A stretch of DNA of 64,000 nt from Paraspadella gotoi (GCA_051294375.1 CM119269.1:18588471-18652470); one strand, 5' to 3'. Shown: positions 21,499-35,381, numbered from the stretch's first letter. Notes: a model not told the origin generated them from the letters alone. Translations and numbers: made by a program.

Positions 21499-23038
21499 CT
21501 AAATGTCCAAATTATGGTTTTCGATCTTTCTCAGCGAGCAAAGAGTTGTACTTGTAGGTAGGTAAGAGACGGGAAGCTCAGAACTTTCTTTCTCGATCGA
21601 CGGCGTCGAAGATCGAGGCGGCTGAAAAGCTTCCTGGAGCGACGAATCAAGTCGCGGCTGATCGGCTAAATTAAGCCGCAATAATTCAGACGGAACATGA
21701 TTTTCTTCGGGGTCGTTTCCGTAAATGGCCCAGTTTTCGTAGTCTGAGTCAAGTTAAAATGGTTAAAATGGTTAAAATGGTTAAAATGGTTACTATCGTC
21801 ATTCTTAAATTCACCCATAAGGTTCGGAGGATGCTGTTGCTGCAGCGACTGTTGGTTTTCTAGCTGGGGCTGTTGCTGCAAAAAATTTTGTCGCGGTCCT
21901 CCAATTTCAAGCCGGTTAGAGGGAAAGAAATTGGGAAGAGCGGGATTCGTCAGGGTCGTCGTCACGAAAGAGACGTTTTCCTCTTTAGTCGGACTCAGGG
22001 GTCGCTGTGTTGAGAGCTGTAGAGGGAGCTTTTGCTGCTCCGTCGGTTTAACAGAAAATTCAGCATGAAATTGCTGTATTTCTCGGGAAGGCTGGATCAA
22101 GCCATCTTGTCGATCTTGGGATGGTGGAAGCGGCGTTTTCTGTTGAGGCGGCCAATTTGCGCCTAAAGCCACGCCCGTCGAGAGGCTTGGGGCCGCCACT
22201 GTCGGCGTCGTCATCTCCGGATAAATCCAAGGCGCGTTTGGAAATAAGAAGCGCGAATTGTTCGTCGATTCTGGATCAACAGACGCGGCGCCGATCGGCG
22301 ACAGACGCGCCTCAGTCAATGAAGGGGGCGCCGCGATTCCGCCCCACGGAGGGACGTTCTGCTGAGCGTAGTATTGCTTCAACTGCTGCTGCTTCAACAC
22401 GAATTCCTGCTCCTGTCGCTGCAGCCTGCCAAACAGCAAATATGTTATCCTCGGCTCCACTCTTATCATTTGTCTCATTTCACCTCTGTAAAGAGATCAT
22501 CCTCTGTTCCTCAATCATCTCTTGCTTCTTTTTCCGCAAATCCTGCAGCTTCTGCGCCATCAGCGACTGGCGGCGCCGCTCTACTTCGGCGGCTTCTCGA
22601 CGGCGACGCTCCTCGAACTCTTCCTCTAGCAGTACAAGCGCCTCTCGTGCTTCGCGTAGTTGGGAGAGCTTGTCCTGAGAGGTTTTGTCGAATCAAAACT
22701 ATAATTTTATCAGCGTCTGTCTGTCTGTCTGTCTGTCTTTCTGTCTGTCTTTCTGTCTGTCTGTCTTCCTCTCGCTCTGATCCTTTCACCTGCAAAGACT
22801 CGTACTTGGCCCGCTTCTCCTCAAAACTCTGCGCGAGACTCAAGAGCCTCGGGTGCATCTGACTCAAACTCATGAAGAGCGTCTGCACGGCCGAGTCGCC
22901 GGCGACGCTTCGTCCGCGCGCCGAGTCCGACTTCATGCGGTTGACGAAGGTCTCGACGCCAGAGGCCAAGTGAGCAACGAATTCCACCTGTTCCTTGGTC
23001 GCAGCCGATTCTAGGAAGAACGGAGATCTTTTTTTTTC

Positions 23039-23122
<84 letters not shown>

Positions 23123-23988
23123 TCCTTCCTTCTTTTTTTTTCTTTCTTTCTTTCTCTGGCACCTTCATCTTCATCGATAGGTCCCATCTTGGCCACAGCG
23201 TTGCAAGTCCTGATGCCCAACGCCCTCGCTCTCTCCTCCCACTGCCCTCTATCGAGATATTTTGAGAGCCCCTCGTCGGCCTGGGTTCGAACAAAAGGGC
23301 ATCTACTCTCATTTTTTTTTCTCTTTTAAAGCTCTCTCGATGACGATAGTTCACTTGGTTTTAAAAAGTAATTTTAATATTTTACAACTGATATCAGAAC
23401 ATCAAACATTTACACAAACCGCTTCTCTCGTATTTTCTCTCTCTTTCTCTCGCCCTCAACTCCTTTCTCCCTTTCTCCCTCCCTCTGTTCTCTCTCTCTC
23501 TTTCTTTAAAGTCCTTCCCACTCTATCTCCCTCTCTCTTTCTCCCTCTCTCACGTGATTCAACGCCACCGTGGATTCGGAGACCTCCGCCCCCCTTCCTC
23601 CGTTCTCCCTCATCCTCTTATTCTCTGTCTCCAATCTCGACATTTCCAACGCCATAAGGAGATCCCTCTCTTCCTCCGCCTTCTCCCTCTCCGCTCCACC
23701 ACCTCCAGCTCCAGCTCCAGCTCCAGTTCCCCCTCCCCCTTTTTTCTTCGCCTCTTCCTCCTCCTCGCTCTGTGAGAGGGCGATCGCCAATTGCAGCTCC
23801 TCTTCCTCCTGAGCGCGAAGCTCTTTCTCCCTCTTTTCTCTCTCCTGCTGAAGCTGTTTTTGTTGTTGCTGTTGTTGCTGTTGTTGCTGCTCTTGTTGTA
23901 ATTGATGTAGATGCTGCTGCATTTGCCCCTCGTCCGAGAGGGCAAGATTGCGCTGGCGTCGTCCTTGTAATTTGAACCGACGAAACAT
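21499..23988 (-). CDS. HGS: Hrs/HGS-like ESCRT-0 protein (UIMs, Hrs helical/GAT region, coiled coil, Q/P-rich tail); no VHS or FYVE seen
   Basis: Exons 23988-23554 (EEEELQLAIALSQSE UIM; second UIM-like EEERDLLMALEMSRLE), 23280-23163 (LSKYLDRGQWEER), 23010-22790 (VETFVNRMKSDSARGRSVAGDSAVQTLFMSLSQMHPRLL), 22674-22484 (DKLSQLREAREAL..MAQKLQDLRKKKQE), 22425-21815, 21665-21499. All are GT-AG and in phase. The last intron is less certain (alternative stop at 21666). Confidence 0.85.
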
Positions 23989-24774
23989 TTTTGTTCTTGT
24001 GGTCGTTGTTGTTGTCACTTTCTTTTTTCGCGCTTTTCACCCTCAAAGAACTTGCCGGCACTAAGATTTTGGGCTTATAGTATTGTTATTTATACACTCA
24101 TTTATTTTGTTTTAGTATAATTTTGAATAATATGACTTAATATTGGAAAACCGTTGTAGTTTTTTCTATTTACCCTTGTCCAACTGTTTAATAACACCAA
24201 AAAATAAACTATAAAACGATTAAATTTTTGAATTAATGCCCCGGTCCTGACCAAGATTTGACGCCGGCCGACTCGATGTGGGTGTTTTGTCCACCGAAGC
24301 GTCCCGCTACCATTTCCTTACACAGATGAGAATCTGTTTTCTCTCGTTTTAACGACGCGACATTTCGATCGATATTTTTATGCACCAAAAGTAAATAATA
24401 AAATAAAATGGTAAATAAAAAAAAGAAACGCTACTCGATTATTTTAGAGGAGAAACGACGGAAGGGGGAAAATAATTCCGCATTAACTGTTGCTAAATCG
24501 CTTTTGGGAAGTTCAAAGTAGAAACTTACTGCTCGAGCCACAAAACTGCAAAATCACTCGCCGATTGCTGAAGTCAAGCCTTTGAATTCGCGCAGCTATG
24601 AAAAGTTGGCCACGAAACGACGCGGCAATCGCCCAAAGAATCAAGCAACGGGCCGAGCTTGATGGCCAAGCAATAGCGAATCATGGAAACGCGGCTCGGC
24701 GTCAGAGGTTAAACTCGGCCCTAGTTCATCAAGCGAAGGACGACAGGGATCACCTCCGCGGGAAGGCGTTCGTT

Positions 24775-24885
24775 CTCAGCCAATAGGAGCGCGAGATGCT
24801 TGGCTTAAGAAGGGAGGCGTTTGTTTTTAGCCAATGAGGGGGGGGGAAGAGTCGGGATGGGCGAGTGATGAGATAGGGCGGGAGG
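24775..24885. promoter_or_regulatory. Two CCAAT boxes and a GC box, probable promoter of the HGS-like gene
   Basis: AGCCAAT at 24778-24785 and 24829-24835, GGGCGGG at 24876-24882. They lie upstream (minus orientation) of a candidate non-coding first exon ending in a GTAAGT donor near 24529. Confidence 0.5.
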
Positions 24886-26576
24886 AACGATAAGGAAACA
24901 TGGAAAAGTCGTATCCATATCTTAATTTATTTATTATATATTCTTTTGAGTGTCTTTGTTGTTGCTCACATTTCTTAATCTCGAATGCTTTTACTAATCA
25001 ATAATTTGCTATAAAAACGATTTACTGAGGAATTATCTTTCATATATTAATATTTAAAGTAATCAATAATTATTTTTATCTTGCATTGCGACGTGACACG
25101 CAGATGAGATGGTTGCCTGTATAGTAAAGTAAAGAAAAGTAAAGTAACTCGAATATCCCAATTTTCTTCCTTTCTTTTAAGCCCTGCACCCTTCAACATT
25201 TCACTGCCCCTCAGTCCCTCGCCCGCTGGCATCTCCCTTCCTCATCCCCGTTGACTCGCTTATCGACAAATTCTTCCCATAAATCTTTGGCCGCGCGTCC
25301 ATCGTTGCTAGAGAACCGAGGGGAAGGGAGGGAGCAAAACCTGATAAATTTGTATTACTTAAAACCTGACCGAATTTACCCGGAAAAAAATTAGAACATG
25401 TAAAAGATTTAAAAGTTTAAATATTATTACAAAACTTGGATAATTCTTTGTTTGTATATATGCTAGAGTATAAAACGAGTAAAATCGTTTGGAGATCACT
25501 ACGCCCTCTCTCCAAACGATCGCTTTGCCTTCGACAAAGGCCTCAAGCCAAGAAAACAACAACAACAACAATAACAACAACGACAAGAATCGCTAAATTG
25601 ATGACTCGAAAATCGACGTTTGTCGCTTTTCGCCTCCAATTAGGGGAGAAGATGACTGGANNNNNNNNNNNNNNNNNNNNNNNNNNNNNNNNNNNNNNNN
25701 NNNNNNNNNNNNNNNNNNNNNNNNNNNNNNNNNNNNNNNNNNNNNNNNNNNNNNNNNNNNNNNNNNNNNNNNNNNNNNNNNNNNNNNNNNNNNNNNNNNN
25801 NNNNNGAGAGAGAGAGAGAGAAAGAGAAAGAGAGAGAGCGGAGTGAAACCATGTCAATGTGCGAGTGAAGTGGATTGGATCTTCAGAAAATGAGTGAAGA
25901 CAGCAAAGTGGAGTGGAATTAAAAGAATGGAGAAAGTCAAGAAATTAATACTGTAAAAAGAGAAAAGAAGAAGGTTGGGAATTAAGAAATAGACGTGTGG
26001 TGTTAAAAAGAAAAGTGGAATAGAATAAAGAAAAAAAGGGGAAAAAAAGATCGATAAGAAAATCTCTTATCCTCGCACTATCGGCTTTTCTGTTGCTGTG
26101 AAAATTAGAGGCGTAAATGGATGTACACTTTGTACAGTGGTGTTTTTGTAAATCAAGATATAACGATTTTTCCCAAGAATCGAGATCTTACCTTACTTTT
26201 CGTAACGCAGCTAAAAAATAACCACTTAGCCTTTCTTGAGGGCCACAATGATTTCATAAAGATTAAAGCGACCACAAAGACTTTCCACAAGGTCACATTT
26301 TCATGAGGCCGAAGCTCCGGGGGCGAAAATACGACTTTCTGATCCAATGAATATTTCGGTCGCCTTTTACTCTACCCTTCTCCCCGGTTCCTCTACCTCC
26401 CCCCACACCCCGACTACAACCCGGGGAAACATCACATCATTTCCACCCCAGTCACCACTCACCACACATCACTCATCACTCATCACTACACACTCCAGCG
26501 ACCACAGACTCCCCACGAGCCTGAAGCTAAGAATGATCCAAGCTCGCGGGGCCAGAATTTTGGAGATAAGAAAGAG

Positions 26577-26650
<74 letters not shown>

Positions 26651-26725
26651 AGAGAGAGAGGAACGTTTAGAGCGCGAACCAACTCTCTTTGCTCTTAGCA
26701 TTAAATTTTTCCTTTTATCTCTCTC

Positions 26726-26798
<73 letters not shown>

Positions 26799-27136
26799 AT
26801 CTTTTCTGTTCTTTCTCCCTTACTTCTTCTCCTTGGAAGCCCAGCTTTTCATTATTCAGGCTCATTACTGGTAATGATTCTTCCATTCAATAAGAGTTAC
26901 GCACTTTCCTCCAAAGTTGTTTCAGAAACGTAAAAAAAAAATAGAATCTTCATTGGTGTGAGTGAGGATGATGATGAAGAAGATGACGATGAAAACGATA
27001 ATTGCACACGACAACGACACCGGCGACTATGACGACGATGTCCAGGGCAAAGAGAAAGATGACGACGACGACGACGACGATGATGAGCGTAATTCCGATG
27101 CGAATCCCAGAGCCGAAACGCGCGAGACCAGAATTT

Positions 27137-27214
<78 letters not shown>

Positions 27215-27857
27215 GAGAGAGAGGGGGGGAGGTTCTGTTTTCGGAAAAAAGGCTTTGGAAGATCCGGTTTTCATTGTTTCAGATCTACCACGACCAGTTT
27301 TCGATGATGTTGATAGTCATGTTGTTGCTGTTGTTACTATTGTAGTTGATGAAGTATTTGAAGTCGCTATTGAAAACATGCTATGATGACAAGGTTGTTT
27401 GTTTTTCGTTGAAACATTACTTTTCATTTAGTTGTCGTTGTCGGCAATAACAAAAATATCAAAGACTGAAGCTTTTTCTTTCATGAATCGTGAAGACTCG
27501 AGATGTTGGCGTGAACCTTGAACGTTTGTGACACCGAGTGACGCTAAATATGATATGACTGAATAATTATATGTGACAAAATTCGCTCTTCTCATTTGAC
27601 TTCTTGGACTTTCTTTTCTTTTCTTTTCTTTCCTCTTTTTCCCTTTTACTTTCTTTTCTTTTCCTTTCTCATTTCTTACTTCCCTATCTTTCTTTTCCTT
27701 CTTTACTTTACTTTTCGTCCTCTATCTATCTCCCTTTTCCTTTGATCGTCTTCCCTTGGAAAATGTTCTTTTCTCTACGAGGATTCTGACCTTGAATCTT
27801 GCAAAGGTCGTTTTATTTGTAGTCACTGTAGTGAGCGGGGACGAGCTCGGAATCAGA

Positions 27858-27985
<128 letters not shown>

Positions 27986-28291
27986 ACTGGCCGAAAATTC
28001 AACCGAAGGAAGACAATGTCGTAATTTCAAAAATAGTAAAATCTTCCGGTCGAACATAATTCGGCGACGACGCCGACGCCGACGAAGATGCCGACAATGA
28101 TAACGACGATAACGACGCCGATTTCAAGACGAACAAACGAAAAACTTACGCTTTTCATTGGAATGAAAAGAAAACAATTATAAAACGAAATGCGCAAAGA
28201 TACTTTTGCTGTATCTTTGTGGATGATTTTCTTTCTTAGAAGCGGCCAAAGTCAAATCGCGATCTTGTCAAGGACGAAAAGACAAAATGTT

Positions 28292-28327
<36 letters not shown>

Positions 28328-29173
28328 CGATCCGTTTGATCCACGCGGAACTCGATTCAATTAGACAAGAAACGATCAATAATCGAGTTTAATGGCAATT
28401 TTTTTTTTCTTCCGGACGGAGGAAGGCAAATTAAGGGTGGAGAGTGGTGGACTTAGAGTGGGGGGGGTTGTACCAGAGTGGTGGAGTATGAGGAAGAGAG
28501 AAGGGGACGAATAAGGAAGAAACTCCTCCATCCCCGGGTAAAACGGACGGACGGACGGACAGAGAGATGGGCAGAGAGGACGAGGGCGAATAAATTTTAT
28601 CGTTGATTTAGGTTTATTACATCTTCCTCCTCCTCCTCTTCTTATATACCCCTTTTCTTCTCATTTAGCTCTCATCCAGCCAGGCCAACCAGGATGCTAT
28701 CCGGCGGATAGTTATGTAGATCGTACAAAAGCGATATCGGACTGGACTCGGCCGAATAATCATGCTCTGAAAAGGCGACTGACTCAACCGTAAGCGGACT
28801 GAACTAACACTGAAACTCGAACTGAACTAAACCCGCGCTTCGCTGAACAGCCGCCGCACTGGACGGGCCGGGGCGGAAAAGCGAACTCTACCATAAAATA
28901 AACGATGCGGTGAATCGGCGGATCGGAAGAGGAGGAGGAGGAGGAGGAGGAGGAGGAAGAGGAGGAAAGAAGATTGATCGGAAGCGAAAAGTCGTCGTAG
29001 GAAGGAATCAGAGCGAGATAAAAGGACAGGGAACAGAAGGGATGGAGATAGAAAGTGAAAAGGAAAGGGAGGGTGAGAGGAGAGGAGGGGGAGAGGGAGA
29101 AATTAAGGAAAGGAGTAAGGAATGAAGAGAGAGCGACTAGGAAGTCAACGGTGGAAGAAAGAGAGAGAGAGGG

Positions 29174-29271
<98 letters not shown>

Positions 29272-29659
29272 ACTACTGAATTGGAACAAGATTAGATGAA
29301 GAAAGGATAAATGAGATTCGTAGTGGAAAACATTAGAAACTGAGTGAAATCGATTTGATGAGTAAGAATGCAGAATAGTACACAATGCCCACTGCACAGT
29401 ATAAATTAGCCCGACTAGTGACAATACATTACTGACACCAGTGGTCAGATAATTGCAGTAAACCTTAGTTTAGTTTAGTAAACCTGCTCTGCATTTTCGA
29501 GTACTGTAGTCCACAGTAGTGGGCAGTAGTGCCAAGTACAGCCCTAACAGGGGAGCCTCAGTTTTTGAGGAGATGAATGAAGAAAAAAAAACACAAAACG
29601 GAGGAGGAGAGAAAGTTTAATCTGGTGAAGCGAAGAGAGAAGCATGGTGGCGACCCTTC

Positions 29660-29741
<82 letters not shown>

Positions 29742-31359
29742 CCTCTTCCTCCCCCACTAACGACTTTCCTCATTTCGTTTTTTTTTTTTTCGTTTTTCTT
29801 TTCCTTTTTCATCTTCCTCTTCTTCTTCCTCTTCTTCTTCTTCATACGTTTTAGTATCCTTCTTCACGCTTTCCTTTTTTTTTTCTTCCTTTAATCTCTC
29901 TGTTCTTTTTTACTACTTTCACACTACTCGACTTTCGATTTTCAGCAACTCTTCACAGTTTATCCTCACTACACTAGTAGATCCGTCTTTTTTTCCTTTC
30001 TCTTTTATGTATCATTCCATGAAATTAAATTGGTACAACCAATATAAAAATTATCCAATCATTTAATAAATAAGCTATCTTGCCCTGACTTTGGACAGGC
30101 TTTGGTGGTTTAAGGCCTCACTATTACAATATAATAACATAGCAGGAACCTGCAAGCTTTCAATCAAGACTCTCTCTCATTCTCGTTTATTCACTCCCAG
30201 AGTACCTGGCTTCCCTATCAATGAAGTAGTATATTTCAAAGAATGTTTCAATTGTATGAAAAGACCACTCCCTTAAGTATTAGATCGGGGAATACTTATT
30301 GTACTCCGCACTAGCATCAAAATACAAGGAGCTGAATTTTATGAAATTGGTACAACCAATATAAAAATTACTGTCATTTTTAAAATCTTCTTTTTTTCTC
30401 TTATCTGTATTATCTGTTATTTTTTCTCTTTCTCTGCTTCTCCATCTTAGTTCCCTTTCTCCTTCGTGTCATCTTTTCCTTTTTTTCCATTTCTCCTTCT
30501 TCGCATCTTCTTCTATCACCCCCCCCTCACTTTCGTTTCCACTCTCGAAAATTCCCGAGGTCAAAAGGATTCACGCGCCGCTTTTTCCACCTACATCCGG
30601 AGTTTGAAACCGATTGACCCTTTTCTTCATCCGGGTCTTGGAAGAAGAAGAGAGGAGAGAGGGAGGAAAGAGATGCCCTTTTGCTTCGGACGTTCGTTCG
30701 TCTTGCTTATCTCGGGATTCATAACGCTTCGTTCGGAGCGCTTGGTTGCTTACGTTAGGAATCTGGATTTCTGGTCGCAGATTCTTGAAATTTGCACTTT
30801 TATAAATTAATAAATAAAAACATTGCTATCATGGTTCCGAATAGACTACTCAACTAAATTTGTTAAAATTTGGTATTTACAATTCCTATGGAAATAAAAT
30901 TAGAACTATCGAGGTGAATTTCAATATTTTACCCTGAGCCGAGAGATATAGGCTCCCTTAGGGGTAACCCATAGGGCCAAAAAATAGATAAAAATTTAGC
31001 CCCAGTCTCCCCTCAGAAGTTGAATATCAAAATTCGCCTTGATAGTTTTATTCATTCATTCATTAGGATTCAATATGTAAAATTTCATAAAATTCCATCC
31101 GGAACATTAGTTTTGTGGAAACCGTGTTTGGCCAGAAAAAAAACAACCTTTAAAACCTTCTGTATGCTAAGAAAGCTTTGCCCGCCGATCCAGAGTCTCG
31201 ATTTTGTAATGAAACGCTTCTCTTGAAAAGTTCGGTAAGTATCACTTAAAACTCTCACTAAATCCTTCCTAAGATTTTATTGATAACATTTTCTGATCAT
31301 TAATTTTTGTTTATCGAAAACTCGAACGATCGAATCTCGTAATCTGATCATAAACCGGT

Positions 31360-31420
<61 letters not shown>

Positions 31421-31520
31421 ATGACACAAAAAGACTTGTCCAAAAAACTCACGGGATAATCTTTGTTCACCGATTTTAAAATCTACCATCTTTTTCAATA
31501 AATACGCATTGGCGGCCAAG

Positions 31521-31689
31521 GTCTACCAGGTGTTGGTCATCAACTTTGGACCAAAAGTGTTGGATTCGGAGATCCTGACCCACTTCGTGGACGGGTTGGA
31601 GTCGGTGAGAAAAGGCGTGGAAGCCTTGAGGCACGTTGACTTCGAGCGCGCCGTCAATCTTATAGACGAGGCCATCGGGTTAGCGCAGG
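31521..31689 (+). CDS. Isolated coding-like exon of an unidentified gene
   Basis: Open, GC3-rich frame VYQVLVINFGPKVLDSEILTHFVDGLESVRKGVEALRHVDFERAVNLIDEAIGLAQG (amphipathic helices) ending in a GTAAGC donor. Flanking candidate exons are 31067-31234 and 32598-32807. No full model could be built. Confidence 0.5.
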
Positions 31690-32462
31690 GTAAGCATTGA
31701 TTGGTGCAGCCAAGCTTTAATTAGAGTACTTAGCTTACTTAATCGCGAATTACGTTCTTAGTTATGAGCTATTATTGATATGTAGTCGGGCATAGAAAAG
31801 GTTTTTTTTTCCAACTCAGTTATATATATATAATTATAAAAAGCAAAAAGAATCATGCATAAAGTTTTTATTTTAATAACATAGGTATTTTTTATTATCA
31901 TGTACATCAATTAATAGTAAATATTTTATATATGGATGGAGGGTGGAGTAATGAAAAGATTGAACGATGGAACAATGTTATTTACTGCCTTTGTATAATC
32001 TATATGTATTAAAAAATAATTAAGCCCTTTTTCAAAAAAAAATTTATAACAGTATCATAATTTGGATTTTCTTTATTGTAATATCCTTATAAAATCATAT
32101 TTTTTCAATTTTAAGAACAATTTCGGATTTGCCGGAAAAAATAAAAAAATTTTGTAAAATAGGTTTCATGATATATTTAGGTTAAAGCTGTGAAAAATGA
32201 CTAAAACGTTTAATCATATAATAGTTTCTACTACAGAGAGCAAAAAAGTAAAAAAAATTTACCTTTTTACCATTTTTGATGCTGTAGACATTGAAATTTT
32301 TAATAACATATTTTATATTTCTGATCTAACTTTTTATGAAGAATCAGAATCTTTAAATTTAATATAAATTTTACAAAGATATTTTGAAAATTTATTATTT
32401 TATAAGGATATTACTAGAAATATATTGTAATTAATGATACTGTTCCCCAAACAATATAAGCA

Positions 32463-32513
32463 AAATATTTTTTGTACTCCTTAATCAATGATTAAGGAGT
32501 ACAAAAAATATTT
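32463..32513. repeat. Perfect palindrome, 25-bp arms, 1-nt spacer
   Basis: AAATATTTTTTGTACTCCTTAATCA-A-TGATTAAGGAGTACAAAAAATATTT. Confidence 0.9.
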
Positions 32514-32821
32514 AATATATATTTAATATTAATAATCATACTATCTCATGTCTAAATATAATTGTTTGTTCACTCAAATAAAATTTATTTTCTCCAGTGC
32601 TCCACTCTAATAGTTACTATACTAAATTCCCAAATAAGAATGATTGCAGAAAAATTTTTAATATCTCTTGAAAAGGCGCTAAGTGCGCTGAAGACTACCA
32701 TCCGTAACTTCTATGCCCCCTTAGCAGCAATGGAATGGGGCCCCAAGGAGGTTTACGGCCGTCCTAACGGTTCCCGCAGGGTAGCTACCGAGCAGTCGCC
32801 AGCTTAACTTTCCTCGAAAAA

Positions 32822-35381
32822 TCACAAATCGAGATACAACACTCTGGAGGCAGCGATGGCGGCGGCGGCGCCGCAGACCGCCGCCGTCCCCATAACCGTC
32901 CGCGTAGTTCCGGTCAAGTGTACAGCCACGCCCATAAAAGCGGAAAGGAAAAACTGTGCGAGAAACATCATGGAGGTCAAGAGCGCCAAGTCGGTGCCGA
33001 CGCCGCGTTCCGGTGCCGACATGTCTCCCGGCGTCGCCCCTTCCTCGAACACCCCGAGTGAGTGATAATTCGCAATTATGATAAAGGGCAGAGCGAGCAG
33101 CGTCGCGTACATGATACCGGCCGCGGGAGAAAACAGAAACACGACGGGAGTGTAGGGCAAAAGCGCCATGACGCCAGATCCCGTGGCGTAGATCAATTGA
33201 GCGCCGACGTAGAGAGGTCTGGCGCCGAAACGCTTGATCAGACCTTCCAGTTGAGACGAATAGATGGCGCAGACGATGGCGAAGAGCGCCATCCCCAACG
33301 AGCCCGTCCGCACGCCCGATTCGTAAGCAATACGGGCGGATGTGAAGGGCGGCGCCTTGGGGTCCCCGCCGAAGACCGACTGACCGACAAAGTCGGTGAA
33401 ATAGAGACAGTAAGTGACGAGGGACATCCAGGAGAAAAGATGGGTGAGGCAAAGGACGAGCAAAGACCGCGGAAGTTGGACCATGCTGAGGAGGCGAGAT
33501 TTCAGGGTGAGGTTTTTCATCGGAGTAGAGGACAGTGAGTCTTCGGGTTTAGCTTTGGCATCGACGTCGTCGATGGCATCCCCGTTGGCGGCGCCGGTTT
33601 GCGATTCCATCTCGCTTTTTTGGATGAAGAGCGTTTTCGATAATGGAACGTTTCCATCGTCGAGTTCTCCGTTGAAACCACCGACTGATCCGTAGTCGAA
33701 TTCCAGACTTTTGTCGAGTGGATCGTCCGGATTTGTCTTTTCTTCCGAATCGACGCCGGTTTTTGCTTCCGTCTTCTCCGGCGTCATTTCCATCGTCTGC
33801 TTCAGGAGCGGCATCGCCTCCTCGTCGCCGCCGCCGCCGATTTCTTCCAACGGAGTCTCTTTCGCTGCTGTCACCGTCGCCATCAGACAAACGACGTAAA
33901 TGCAAAAGACCAACAGAAAAACTTCGGCGCCCAGCGTCGCTCCGGCTCGGCCGTTGGAGATATCGAAGCCGATCGACTGCCAATCCACGCCGCCCGCCGC
34001 GTAGCCGACGCCGCCGCCGACGCCGGCCAAGATGGCGAACATCGAGATGCCCTCCTGATGCTGCTCCGGCGAGGTCACGTCCAGCAGGTAAGCTCGGGTG
34101 GGATTCCAGCAGCAGTCGCAGCAAAAGTCCAGCAGAACGACGCCCAGGATGGTCAGCGCCGTGCCCCAAGGGCGCGCCGAAATCGGATTCGGACCCGACG
34201 GGGCTGCGGACGAAGAGTTTTCGAAGGCCTCGTCGAGAAGTGAAGTGTGGTTGCGACCGGAAGAGCCTCTGGGGATCAAAGGGTCAAAGCCCATCGATGA
34301 TGCCGCGTCGCCAAGAAGTACGCCGAACCACGCCCCCTGCGGCACGAGAATCAGGCCAATCAAGATGCCCAGCGAATAGAGGACGATGAAGGGCCGTCGA
34401 CGACCCCAGCGAAGACGACAGTCGTCGCTGAGGGTGCCGAGGATCGGGCCGAGGAAAAACCCGACAATCGGGGGCAAACACCAAACGAGGGTCGTGAGGT
34501 AGACTGGGAGGCCGAGGTTGAGGAGAATTGGGGTGACGAAGGCTGAGAGGAGATGTGAGAGGAGTTGTGAGAGATGTGAGAAGAGTTGTGAGAGGAGATG
34601 TGAGAAGAGTTGTGAGAGGAGATTTGAGAGGAGATGTGAGAGGATATTTGAAATGAGATGAGAGATGTGAGAGTAGATGTGAGAAGAGATGTGAGAAGAA
34701 GATGTGAGAGGATATTTGAAATGAGATGAGAGATGTGAGAGTAGATGTGAGAAGAGATGTGAGAGGAGATTTGAGAAGAGGTGTGAGAAGAGATGTGAGA
34801 GGAATATTTGAGATGAGATGAGAGATTTGAGAAGAAATGTGAGAGGAGATGTGAGAGGAGATGTGAGAAGAGGTGTGAGAAGAGATGTGAGAGGATATTT
34901 GAGATGAGATGAGAGATGTGAGAGGAGATGTGAGAAGAGATGTGAGAAGAAATGTAAGAACAGATGTGTGAACAGACGTGGGAGATGTAAGGAAGTAGAA
35001 AAAGAGTTGTAGAAAAGGATGGGAGACGAAAATGGATAAAGAATATACAATAAAAGTAAAAATTTAATGTTATAATACGTTAAGCTCTAATATGTTATAA
35101 TATGTTCACATTGCAAAGACTAAATTACTAAGACTAAACCACCACTGACCTTCGTTGGCGGCATAACAAAGTTCAAAACCGCAAGCTGTTGCGCCGATTC
35201 TGGCCAACTGCAGTTTTGTTCTTCTCGATCGGTTGTCGCTGAGCCGATCGGGTGGTTTTTCGTAATATTTTTCATTATCGCACCGACAGATTTTTTTTAA
35301 TTTCTCGATGAAGTTTGGAGAAAAATCTCCAGCGGCGTCTTGTCGCTCGCGAAAGGTTGATGGGACGGTGGGCTGCGTCAT
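32822..35381 (-). CDS. SLC45: SLC45-family proton-associated sugar transporter (MFS), about 650 aa, 2 exons
   Basis: Exon 35381-35150 (..GFELCYAANE) joins exon 34542-32822 (AFVTPILLNLGLP..) in phase 1. Family motifs: GTLSDDCRLRWGRRRPFI, LLDFCCD..PTRAYLLDV, THLFSWMSLVTYCLYFTDFVGQSVFGGDP, YESGVRTGSLGM, RGVGTDLALL. Ends in TGA. Confidence 0.93.
34545..34990. repeat. Intronic 12-bp minisatellite (GAGAAGAGATGT)n in the SLC45 intron
   Basis: Degenerate GAGA(A/G)GAGATGT units run up to the acceptor. They explain the LSHL repeats at the N-terminus of the 742-aa ORF. Confidence 0.85.

Noticed and set aside
21750-21792. NHF repeat in the HGS C-terminus
   Set aside because: The 9-bp repeat lies within the likely last intron (21814-21666), whose GT-AG ends are in phase.
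34543-35050. LSHL-repeat N-terminal extension of SLC45 in the 742-aa ORF
   Set aside because: Intronic minisatellite. The true exon 1 (35381-35150) supplies the conserved first TM in the correct phase.
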